A DNA stretch of 64,000 nucleotides, from NCBI GenBank assembly GCA_017541305.1, contig JAFXZJ010000055.1:106311-170310 (forward strand), read 5' to 3'. Position 1 is the stretch's first letter, and every line of letters starts with the position of its first letter. Origin of the DNA: Clostridia bacterium. Lineage in GTDB: Bacteria; Bacillota; Clostridia; Christensenellales; CAG-138. The notes beneath the pieces are model-generated. The model had not been told where the DNA came from and ran no database searches. It worked only from the letters and a program-made list of their open reading frames with translations. Shown here one piece after another: positions 28,127 through 36,590 of this stretch. Both the position numbers and the translations under genes were made by a program.

Positions 28127-29308
28127 TTACGGGAATTTTACGGTTATGCGGGTGCCTTCGCCCTCCCTGCTTTGAAGCCGGGTCTCCGCGCCGTATTTTT
28201 CGGCGATATGCTTGACTATCGCAAGCCCAAGCCCCGTGCCTCCGGTCTGCTTGGATCGGGATTTGTCCACGCGGTAGAAGCGCTCGAATATGTGCGGGAT
28301 ATGCTCCTCGGGAATGCCTATGCCCGTGTCCTCAACGGTAAGCGTGCGGCCCTTGGTCTCCACGCGCACGCTGCCGCCTTCCTTATTATAGCGTATCGCG
28401 TTGTCCATAAGGTTATAGACGAGCTCGGATAAAAGGCTGCGCGAGCCTTCCACCGTGAGCTCCTCACCCGTCACCTCAAGCGAAACGCCGTGATCCTCGG
28501 CGGATTTTAAAAGCACGTCCCTGCTCTCGTCGGCGATCTCGAAAATATCGACCGCTTCCTTCTCGTCCTCCGCGCCGCCCTCGTCAAGGCTCGACAGCCT
28601 TATTATGTCGGAAATCAGCGCAAGCAGCCGCTTGGATTCCTTCTGTATGCGCAAGGCAAATTCGGGCACGTCCTTCGGCGCGGCTATCCCCGCGGCGATC
28701 ATCTCCGCATAGCCCGAAATCGAGGTCAGCGGGGTCTTCAGCTCGTGGCTCACGTTCGCCGTGAATTCACGCTTCAGCTTCTGCAGGGTGAGCTGTTCGC
28801 CCATATCCAGCAGCAGCAGCATCGTGCCGACTATCTTGTGATCGAATATGACGGGATCGACGAGCACCCGCAGCGTCACCCCGTGCGCGGTGTATTCGGT
28901 AAGGCTGCTCTCGCCCTTTTCGGCAAGCTCGATGCACCTTAAAAGCTCGGGATCGTGTATCGCGTCGGTCTTATACATACCCGTCGCGTAATCGGGCAGA
29001 TCAAGATATCCCGCCGCGTCTTCGCTGACGGTGTAGACGCGCGAATTTCCGTCGAAAACGAGTATCCCGCCCGTGATGCTGTCTATCATGGCGGCATAAT
29101 CCGCGCTGTGATATTCCTTTTCGGCCTTCATGATAGCCGATATGAACAGATACAAAAGCACCGTTGCCGCAAGTATCACGGCGCCTATTATCACGAATAT
29201 CCACGGCTGAGGCACGTTTAAAAGAGTTACCGTGACTGAAGCCGCGGCAACGAACATGAACGCTATTATGTATACGATGAGCGTCAGCGATTTGAAGCGC
29301 TTTTCCAT
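28127..29308 (-). CDS. Sensor histidine kinase (2 TM, PAS-like, HisKA, HATPase_c)
   Basis: H-box FTANVSHELKTPLTSISGYAEMI, N-box NLMDNAIRYN and G-box GTGLGLAIVKHI. No response regulator adjacent. Confidence 0.9.
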   Translation of the reverse strand: MEKRFKSLTLIVYIIAFMFVAAASVTVTLLNVPQPWIFVIIGAVILAATVLLYLFISAIMKAEKEYHSADYAAMIDSITGGILVFDGNSRVYTVSEDAAGYLDLPDYATGMYKTDAIHDPELLRCIELAEKGESSLTEYTAHGVTLRVLVDPVIFDHKIVGTMLLLLDMGEQLTLQKLKREFTANVSHELKTPLTSISGYAEMIAAGIAAPKDVPEFALRIQKESKRLLALISDIIRLSSLDEGGAEDEKEAVDIFEIADESRDVLLKSAEDHGVSLEVTGEELTVEGSRSLLSELVYNLMDNAIRYNKEGGSVRVETKGRTLTVEDTGIGIPEEHIPHIFERFYRVDKSRSKQTGGTGLGLAIVKHIAEKYGAETRLQSREGEGTRITVKFP

Positions 29309-29486
29309 ATGCCGATCCCCTTCATTATCATAAGGATTATTTTAGCAGACAAATGCCCGAATTCATATCGGAAGAAATAATATATTGTGGCACTTTGTGC
29401 AATTCTCTTTTCCTTGAAGGATTTTTGTGCTATTATTATACTGTATATACAGGCTCCCATTTTGGGACGACCGGAAAGGAACGACT

Positions 29487-30539
29487 ATGAAAAGAATCAT
29501 TGCTGTAATCATTGCCTTGATAATGGCCGCGTCGGCAGTTCCCGCGGCTATTGCCCGCGAGGTCGGTGCGGAGGATATCTCCGTGACCTATACCGGTTCC
29601 GTCGTTGACGCGACCGCGCTTAATCCGGGCGATCAGTTTTACTTCTACGTAAGCGTATCCGAAGGATCCAGCATGTGGAGCGGTCATTGGCTCATCGACT
29701 ATCCCGAAGAATACGTCACTCCCACCTCCTCCAGCACCACATGGAGCGGCGGGCTCGAGTATGCCGTTCAGCAGACCTATAACAGCGGCAATCCCACTTC
29801 CGATAAGCCCAAGTTCGTCTGCGAGCTTTCTTACGAGGGCATGACCGGCAGCAACCCCTATGGCGAGGAGGGCAACCTTTACACCGTGGTGGGCATGTAT
29901 CTGCGCACGTTCGATTACGGCGGGCTGCAGATGGGCGGCAATTTCGTCAGGATCAGGTATCGTCTCAATTCCATACCCGACGCCGCTGATCTCATGCACG
30001 ACGCCAACGGCTATTATTTCGAGATCCCCATAACCGTTCGCGAGAGCCGCTATTGGGTGCCCGGCGCTGAGATCGGCGTTGGCGAATACAACCACGATCA
30101 CGAGAACATCACCGTAATAAACGGCAAGGTGTATGTCAACGTCGGCAATACCCACACCGTCACCTTCTATGATATCAACGGCAGCGTCGTCTCCACTCAG
30201 ACCGTCGAAGACGGCGGCGCGGCAACCGCTCCCACCCTTGACAGGGTCGTGATGCAGGAGAACGGGCCCTACATCTTCTACGGCTGGGACGTTGAATTCG
30301 ATAACGTGACCGAGGATATCGAGGTGCATCCCCTTTACACCCTGTTCGGCGACGTGACTTTTGATGGCCGAGTCGATTCCGAGGACGCCCTTATAACCCT
30401 CAGAGGCTCGCTCGGCATAGTCGAGCTCAGCGCCAGGCAGCAGGCCGCCGCGGATATCGATTTCAGCGGCGACGTACGCTCCGACGACGCGCTCAGGATA
30501 CTGCGTCTTGCCCTTGGCATAATCGATTCCCTTCTGTAA
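29487..30539 (+). CDS. Secreted protein: N-terminal beta-sandwich (cohesin-like?) + Listeria-Bacteroides (InlB B) repeat + C-terminal dockerin
   Basis: Start at ATG 29487 (MKRIIAVIIALIMAASAVPAAIA signal peptide). The B-repeat reads HTVTFYDINGSVVSTQTVEDGGAATAP...YIFYGWDVEF. The two dockerin halves are GDVTFDGRVDSEDALITLR and ADIDFSGDVRSDDALRILR. Confidence 0.75.
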   Translation: MKRIIAVIIALIMAASAVPAAIAREVGAEDISVTYTGSVVDATALNPGDQFYFYVSVSEGSSMWSGHWLIDYPEEYVTPTSSSTTWSGGLEYAVQQTYNSGNPTSDKPKFVCELSYEGMTGSNPYGEEGNLYTVVGMYLRTFDYGGLQMGGNFVRIRYRLNSIPDAADLMHDANGYYFEIPITVRESRYWVPGAEIGVGEYNHDHENITVINGKVYVNVGNTHTVTFYDINGSVVSTQTVEDGGAATAPTLDRVVMQENGPYIFYGWDVEFDNVTEDIEVHPLYTLFGDVTFDGRVDSEDALITLRGSLGIVELSARQQAAADIDFSGDVRSDDALRILRLALGIIDSLL

Positions 30540-30554
30540 AGGATCATAACAACA

Positions 30555-30590
30555 AAGGCTCCGCGATCGCGGAGCCTTGTTTTTTTGTTT
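30555..30590. terminator. Bidirectional terminator between the dockerin gene and pepV
   Basis: AAGGCTCCGCG-at-CGCGGAGCCTT followed by GTTTTTTTGTTTTTT. Confidence 0.8.
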
Positions 30591-30591
30591 T

Positions 30592-31950
30592 TTACTCGGC
30601 CAGCGCGAGTATTGCGTCGGCGATCATATGGGCGTTGAACATAAGATCCTCTATGGATATGAACTCATTGGGCATATGCACGGGAGCGGGATGCCCGGGT
30701 ATCTCCACGCCGAATGCCACCGCGTTGTCGAAGGCGCGCGCATACGTGCCGCCGCCGATCGCAAGAGGCTTGGCCTTTATTCCGGTGCGCTCGGAATAGA
30801 CGTCGAGGAGCTTGGAAACGAGCTCGGAATCGGCGGGCACGAAAAGACCGTGCTGCGCGTGCTCATGGGTGATCTCCATGCCCAGCGCCTTGGTCTGAGC
30901 CGCCTTTACGTCGTCGGCGGAAAGCGTGATGGGATGGCGAACGTCTATCTTGAAATCGACTATGCCGTTCTCGTTCCAGTCGATCACGCCGGGATTGAGA
31001 GTGAGCCTGCCGGATGCGTCGGTTATATCAAGCCCCATATCCTCGCCGTGCAGCCCCATGCCAAGCGCTTTATGCATTGTGTCCACCATCACCTTGTCCT
31101 CGCCCTCAAGCGGGAGCTTGGCAAGCACGGTGAACGCGGCCTGTATGGAATTCAAGCCATGCTCGGGCATTGAGGCGTGCGCGTCAAGACCTATCACGGT
31201 GAGCTGAGTGCCGCCGTCCTTCTCCTCGATCTCGAATTTGAACTTATCAAGTCCCGCTTCTTCTGCCGCGGCCTTCACCTTGCAGGGGCAGCAGGGTATG
31301 AACGCCTCGAGCCTGCCGGGCACCACGTTGGGCCTTGTGCCGGCCTTTATGCGCAGCCTGCTTTCAAAGCGCTTTTCAAAAGTGGTGTGCAGTATGCCCT
31401 TTTCTGAATTGACCACGGGGTATTCGCCGTCGGGAGTGAACGCCAGCGTGGGCGCCTCGCCATGCTCCTTATAATAATTCATGCAGCCCCAGCCGGTCTC
31501 CTCATTGGTGCCGAGTATCACGCGCACGCGGCGGCGAAGGGGTATGCCCGCTTCCTTGATCGCAGCAAGCGCATAGAGAGCGGCGAACGCGGGGCCCTTG
31601 TCGTCAAGAGTGCCGCGGCCGTAGAGTATGCCGTCCTCAAGCACCGCTCCATAGGGGGGATGCTTCCAGCCGGTACCCTCGGGCACGACGTCCAGATGGC
31701 AGATGACGCCCAGCATCTCTTCGCCCTCGCCCAGCTCCGCACAGCCTACGTAACCTTCCATATCGGTGGTTTTAAGACCGAGCTTATCGGCGGTCTCAAG
31801 CGCGTGATGGAGCGCGTCGGATACGTTCTTGCCGAAGGGCATTCCCGGAAGGGGCTCTCCCTCGGTGCTGGGGATGCGGATGTTTTCCTGAAGGGACGCG
31901 ATGAGCTTATCCTTATCGCGTTCGATAATGGAATCAACGAGCTTGTTCAT
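30592..31950 (-). CDS. pepV: Dipeptidase PepV (M20 family)
   Basis: Contains GVICHLDVVPEGTGWKHPPYG and GRGTLDDKGP. Confidence 0.88.
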   Translation of the reverse strand: MNKLVDSIIERDKDKLIASLQENIRIPSTEGEPLPGMPFGKNVSDALHHALETADKLGLKTTDMEGYVGCAELGEGEEMLGVICHLDVVPEGTGWKHPPYGAVLEDGILYGRGTLDDKGPAFAALYALAAIKEAGIPLRRRVRVILGTNEETGWGCMNYYKEHGEAPTLAFTPDGEYPVVNSEKGILHTTFEKRFESRLRIKAGTRPNVVPGRLEAFIPCCPCKVKAAAEEAGLDKFKFEIEEKDGGTQLTVIGLDAHASMPEHGLNSIQAAFTVLAKLPLEGEDKVMVDTMHKALGMGLHGEDMGLDITDASGRLTLNPGVIDWNENGIVDFKIDVRHPITLSADDVKAAQTKALGMEITHEHAQHGLFVPADSELVSKLLDVYSERTGIKAKPLAIGGGTYARAFDNAVAFGVEIPGHPAPVHMPNEFISIEDLMFNAHMIADAILALAE

Positions 31951-31974
31951 TTGTGTATCTCCTTTGAATTATTA

Positions 31975-32904
31975 TCAGTTTATTGCGCCGAAGCCGCGCC
32001 CGACTACCTCCTGAGTCTCGGTTATCGCAAAGAGCGCTTTCGGATCGTTTTCCTTAACTATCGCCTTGAGCTTGGCAAGCTCGGTGGTCTTCACTATGCA
32101 GTATACGAGCTTCCTTGGCTGGCCGGTATAGGCGCCTTCCGCGTTTATATAAGTCACGCCGCGGCGCATCTCCTGCATCACCTGAGGAGCGATATCGTCC
32201 CATTTTTCGCTGATAATGAACACCGTCATATTGTGGTTGATGCCCCTTAACGCAAAGTTATACGCCGTATTGGTTACGAACATCGCCACCATTGAAAGAA
32301 GCGCCACCTCTATGCCGTATGTGGGGATCAGGAAGCTCATTATAACAAGGTTGAAAACAATATTGAACGAGCCGGCCGGTATGGAAAGCTTGCGGCTCAG
32401 CACGACTGTGATGACGTCTATGCCGCCGAGCGAAGCGCCCCTTTTTACGACGAATGCGCAGGTGATGCCTATTATGGCGGAGCCGACTATCGCCGAAAGC
32501 AGCGCGTTATTGCCCAGCGCCGAAGCCTCGGTGATCCTTGCCATTATGGGCAGCTCGAACATGAGCGAATAGCATACTGTGGCAAACAGGCTGAACAGGG
32601 TGAATTTCCATCCCTGCTGCTTTATGCCATAGATTGATATGGGTATATTCAGCCCCAACAGTACCGCCCATTTGGGTATTCCCCACAGATAATTGAACAG
32701 CAGCGAAACGCCCGTCACACCGCCCGAAAGGAAATGGAAAGGCACATAAAAATACGACAGCACACAGCAGTGAAGAAAGCACACCGCGGCGATTATTATA
32801 AGGGTCGCGATATCGTGCCGCGGAACGAATTTCTTTTCATAAGGATCGAAGTGATGCTTTTCTTTTTTGATTTTGCCTGAGGTTTCCTTCGTATTTGCAC
32901 CCAT
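31975..32904 (-). CDS. YitT family membrane protein (DUF161/DUF2179)
   Basis: Multi-TM region followed by a C-terminal DUF2179-like stretch, GVTYINAEGAYTGQPRKLVYCIV. Confidence 0.8.
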   Translation of the reverse strand: MGANTKETSGKIKKEKHHFDPYEKKFVPRHDIATLIIIAAVCFLHCCVLSYFYVPFHFLSGGVTGVSLLFNYLWGIPKWAVLLGLNIPISIYGIKQQGWKFTLFSLFATVCYSLMFELPIMARITEASALGNNALLSAIVGSAIIGITCAFVVKRGASLGGIDVITVVLSRKLSIPAGSFNIVFNLVIMSFLIPTYGIEVALLSMVAMFVTNTAYNFALRGINHNMTVFIISEKWDDIAPQVMQEMRRGVTYINAEGAYTGQPRKLVYCIVKTTELAKLKAIVKENDPKALFAITETQEVVGRGFGAIN

Positions 32905-32922
32905 ATATTTCTCCTTTTGATA

Positions 32923-33729
32923 TCAGAAAAGCTTAAGCACGTACTGATTGAGTATCACGAACAGCCCTATAATTATCATATAAATTATAAAGCCCTTAAA
33001 GCTCTTTTTGGTGATTATGCTTATCATATAGCGCACGGCGAAATAGCCCGATACACCGGCGACGACCATTGAAATAAGCGTGCCGTACCACGAGAAATCG
33101 CCAAGCCCGTTCTTGACAAGATCGGGTATCTCGAGTATCGCGCCGCCGACAATCGCGGGTATAGAAAGCAGGAACGAAAACTCCGCCGCGGATTTTTTCT
33201 TCACTCCGCAGAAGAGCGCGCCGGTGATGGTCGAGCCCGATCTGGATACGCCGGGAAGTATCGCTATTCCCTGCAGGACGCCTATGAATATCGACTGAGC
33301 CCAATTCATCGTATCGGCCGTATAGATTCGGCGCACGTTCTTCCTTGCGAATTCAGCCGCGGCAAGTATCAGCGCGGTTGCAAGGAAGCAGAAGCCCAGG
33401 ATTTTGTATTCCGTCTCGCCGTCCACGTTGAGCAGCTTTTTCATGATCAGCATCACAACCACCGTTGCTGCGGTGGAAACGATCAGCCACAGGGTTTTCT
33501 TCTGGAATGGTTTTTTAATGATGTCCCATATCTGATCTCTGTAAACGATGCATACCGCGGCAAGAGTCGCCACGTGAAGAAGCACGGTGCTCAAATGCGA
33601 GCCCTCGCTGTCGCCGAACATGCGCTGCACCAAAAGCAGATGTCCGCTTGATGAAATGGGAAGGAATTCGCCCAGACCCTGCACGAGCCCGTAGAACACG
33701 CTTTTGAATATTTCAATGATGACTTCCAA
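32923..33729 (-). CDS. uppP: Undecaprenyl-diphosphate phosphatase
   Basis: Contains GLVQGLGEFLPISSSGHLLL and PGVSRSGSTI. Start moved to TTG 33729, 6 nt after GGAGG (the track ORF extends to 33819). Confidence 0.88.
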   Translation of the reverse strand: MEVIIEIFKSVFYGLVQGLGEFLPISSSGHLLLVQRMFGDSEGSHLSTVLLHVATLAAVCIVYRDQIWDIIKKPFQKKTLWLIVSTAATVVVMLIMKKLLNVDGETEYKILGFCFLATALILAAAEFARKNVRRIYTADTMNWAQSIFIGVLQGIAILPGVSRSGSTITGALFCGVKKKSAAEFSFLLSIPAIVGGAILEIPDLVKNGLGDFSWYGTLISMVVAGVSGYFAVRYMISIITKKSFKGFIIYMIIIGLFVILNQYVLKLF

Positions 33730-33853
33730 ATCAAACCTCCGAAAGGACGATACTGTTACCCCTATATAGTACCATGATATGTACTGAAATTCAAGCAAAA
33801 AACCTTTTAGCTCATCCATCCTTTCATATTTAATAAAAAATTTTAAAAAAAGG

Positions 33854-33882
33854 TTGCATGTGCTCCAAAAATTGGGTAAAAT
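33854..33882 (+). promoter_or_regulatory. Promoter TTGCAT-17-TAAAAT in the AT-rich divergent region, ~120 nt upstream of the coiled-coil hydrolase gene
   Basis: -35 at 33854-33859 and -10 at 33877-33882, preceded by a ~30-nt almost pure A/T tract. Confidence 0.5.
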
Positions 33883-34005
33883 AAAATGATGGGATATAAT
33901 CTAAGGGGAGTATCGCTTATTAAGCTTGCGCTTTCTTACAAAATATCCCGCCTAAAACAAAAATCACTCCCTTGATAAGGGCTTAATAATGAAAGGAGTT
34001 TTTTT

Positions 34006-36360
34006 ATGAACCTTTCACTCGAAGTCAAAAAATTCATCAACAACGAGCATACCGGCGATTACGTTACGGTCGTGCTGCCTTCCGAGCTCCCCGTGGAGCG
34101 TTCCGAGGTGCGCGAGGTCAACAGGGATCGTTCCGCCGCTCATTCCGCAAAAAATCTTGCCGACAACAAGGCGCGCATAGCGCAAAAGGCAAGGGACAGG
34201 GTCAAAAACACCGAAAAGCTTCATTCTCTCAAGCAGGAGGAGCTTGACGAGGCCAACGCCATTCTTGACGATATAGTTTCCCAGCAGAAGGCGATGCAGC
34301 CGGAGCTCAATGAAAAGCGCGAGATATTTGAAGAGGCGGAAGCGGATTATGACGAAAAGAACGCCGCCTATCTTTTGAAGCGCGAATCCTTCGAGGCCAT
34401 GGAAAGGGCCTATAACGCCGCGGTCGACGCCGAAAGGGCGGCAAACCTTGTGCTTAACGACTGCCGCGCCAATTACAGCGGAGCGGAAAACGCGCTGGCT
34501 TCAGCAAAGGAGCAGGGCCTTCGTCACGAGGGCAAGCTTTCATCCACAAGGAGCGAGGTGGCCGAATCCAAGGTGCTTTCCGAAAACGCCGCAGTCGAGG
34601 CCCGCGAGGCTTCAAGGCTCGAAGCGGAAAAAACCGTTCAGTTCAATTCACTCTCTCAGGAGACCGCGCAGAAGCTTGCCGTGTTCAAGCGCGAAAACAA
34701 GCGCCTTTCCGATGCGCAAAGGGCGCTTAATTCCGCATTGAAGGAATGCAACCGTTCCAAGACGGAGCTCGCCTCCGTAAAGGAAGCGCTTGCCGCCGCC
34801 GAGGATCTTGCAAACGATCCCTCCAAAGCCGATAACGATTCGGTAAAGGCAAAGGCCGCCTCCCTTCGCGCAAGGCTTTCCAACGCCGAAATAAGGGTCG
34901 ATACCGCCGAGTCGGATCGAGTAGCGGCGGAAAAAAATCTTTCCTCCGCACAGGAATCCAACGCCGCCGCCGAGATGGAATACAACAAAGTATTCGAGCT
35001 GATGAGCGCCTGCCGCAAGGAGCTTGACGATCTCAGAGAAAAATCCTCCGCCGCTTCCTCAAGGGCCGCGGAAGCCGAGGCAAAGTATTCCTCCTTCAGC
35101 TCCAGCTTTGAAAAATCTCAGAACGATCTCGCTTCCTCCGAGCGCGACGTGAAGAGCTTCGAATCCGAACTCATCTCCTCCAAAAAAGCGCTTCTCAACG
35201 CCGAGACCGACGTCGCAAAGCGCCATGACGACGTGACCTATACAAGGAACGAGATGGAAAAGGCCCGCGCCGTTATGGATGAAAAGCGCGCCGTTATGCA
35301 GCAGAGCGAGGCAAAATACAACACCCTCAAATCTTCCTTTAACAACATCAATAACTCCTATCAGATGGCCGAAAGGGACAGGAAGACTCAGAAGAATATC
35401 TGCGAAAGGCTTAAGACCGAGCTTAAGATATTATCCACACAGCTCGAGGATGATATCGCTTCGCGCGACGCTGCCGAGGAAGATGCTGAAATGAGCGCTT
35501 CCGAGGCGGAGCGCAGGAGGCTTTCCGTCCGCACCATCAACACAAAGAACGAGACGGCTAAGATCCATTTCATGCAGCAGGGCAAGGGAGAGGATCTTAT
35601 CCTCATCCACTCGATAGGTCAATCCCTTTATACTTACAGGGAGCTTATCTCAAAGCTCAGCTCCAAATTCCGCGTTACCGCGCTGGATCTGGTGGGCTTC
35701 GGCTATTCTCAAAAGCCCTACTATTTCAACTACACCCTTGATGAGATGTCCGATTTCATCGCACGTTTCATGGACGCAATGGAGATGGAGACCGCTCATC
35801 TCTTCGGCTTCTCGATGGGCGCCGGCTACGTGATCAATTTCGCAAAGCGTTATCCCGACAGAGTGGGCAAGATAGTGCTCCTTTCCCCGGGCGGCCTCAC
35901 TCCCGAGATGCCTTCATCCATACGCTCAATCGAAGGCAGGATATTCGGCGGGCTTTCCGTCAGGATGATAAATCTCAAATCCGTTAAAAAGATGCTTTCG
36001 GAATGCTATTTCGATCTTACCAATCATACCGACGAAGTGATCGAGGAATATTACAAGCCCATTGCCAATCCCGAAACCAAGCGTGTGATAAGGGCCTGTA
36101 TAATGAATTATGATGATGAAGAGGTCATCCATTCCCTGCGCGACGTGAATGCCGACACCCTCATCCTTTGGGGTAACGAGGATAAATGGCATCCCGTTGA
36201 AATGTCCAATATGTTCAAGGCCGTTATGCCCAAGGTGAACTTCACCCTTGTGCGCAACGCAGGTCACCTCGCTCACGAGGAAAAGGCCGAAAGGGTGGCG
36301 CAGCTTATAAAGATGTTCATTCCCTGCGGCTATGAAGATGACGAGACAGAGAATTTCTGA
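34006..36360 (+). CDS. Fusion protein: ~515-aa coiled coil + C-terminal alpha/beta-hydrolase (Ser-Asp-His) domain
   Basis: 784 aa with AAAGGAG RBS. The N-terminal two thirds are Ala/Glu/Lys/Ser/Arg-rich, nearly free of Pro/Gly and heptad-like. From about nt 35557 the sequence reads AKIHFMQQGKGEDLILIHSIG. The hydrolase has nucleophile elbow GFSMGAG, acid in WGNEDKW and His in NAGHLAHEE. No Walker A, signal peptide or TM segment. Confidence 0.8.
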   Translation: MNLSLEVKKFINNEHTGDYVTVVLPSELPVERSEVREVNRDRSAAHSAKNLADNKARIAQKARDRVKNTEKLHSLKQEELDEANAILDDIVSQQKAMQPELNEKREIFEEAEADYDEKNAAYLLKRESFEAMERAYNAAVDAERAANLVLNDCRANYSGAENALASAKEQGLRHEGKLSSTRSEVAESKVLSENAAVEAREASRLEAEKTVQFNSLSQETAQKLAVFKRENKRLSDAQRALNSALKECNRSKTELASVKEALAAAEDLANDPSKADNDSVKAKAASLRARLSNAEIRVDTAESDRVAAEKNLSSAQESNAAAEMEYNKVFELMSACRKELDDLREKSSAASSRAAEAEAKYSSFSSSFEKSQNDLASSERDVKSFESELISSKKALLNAETDVAKRHDDVTYTRNEMEKARAVMDEKRAVMQQSEAKYNTLKSSFNNINNSYQMAERDRKTQKNICERLKTELKILSTQLEDDIASRDAAEEDAEMSASEAERRRLSVRTINTKNETAKIHFMQQGKGEDLILIHSIGQSLYTYRELISKLSSKFRVTALDLVGFGYSQKPYYFNYTLDEMSDFIARFMDAMEMETAHLFGFSMGAGYVINFAKRYPDRVGKIVLLSPGGLTPEMPSSIRSIEGRIFGGLSVRMINLKSVKKMLSECYFDLTNHTDEVIEEYYKPIANPETKRVIRACIMNYDDEEVIHSLRDVNADTLILWGNEDKWHPVEMSNMFKAVMPKVNFTLVRNAGHLAHEEKAERVAQLIKMFIPCGYEDDETENF

Positions 36361-36371
36361 CGGATTTTTCC

Positions 36372-36408
36372 TACTTTTCCATATTTATAATTCGAATATG
36401 GAAAAGTA
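36372..36408. repeat. Perfect 13-bp inverted repeat TACTTTTCCATAT-N11-ATATGGAAAAGTA just after the hydrolase stop
   Basis: Read directly from the sequence. Either a weak terminator (tail AUUAUUCC) or a protein-binding palindrome. Each arm contains TTTTCCATA, a 2-mismatch DnaA-box-like 9-mer. Confidence 0.7.
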
Positions 36409-36590
36409 TTATTCCTAAAATGTGGAAATTATTGAAAACTCATCGCTTTTCAATAATATTTTCCATCGATTTTCAACAGCGTATTTTCCTTGCGCGGGTT
36501 GACCGAAAACGGGAAATCCACGTTTTCCTCAACACCTGATACTGCTGATAATTTAATTATATTCAAAGAGATCAATACAGGAGGCCGAAA

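Noticed and set aside
35431-35439. Perfect DnaA box TTATCCACA (plus a 1-mismatch TTATCCTCA at 35597) as evidence for oriC.
   Set aside because: Both are isolated and lie inside a coding region. I expect on the order of one perfect 9-mer on either strand by chance in 64 kb. No cluster of boxes is present.
34006-36360. Interpreting the coiled-coil hydrolase as an SMC-like/Lamassu-type defence protein.
   Set aside because: It has no Walker A/B or ABC signature, so there is no ATPase head. It has no partner genes, and the flanks are core housekeeping genes.
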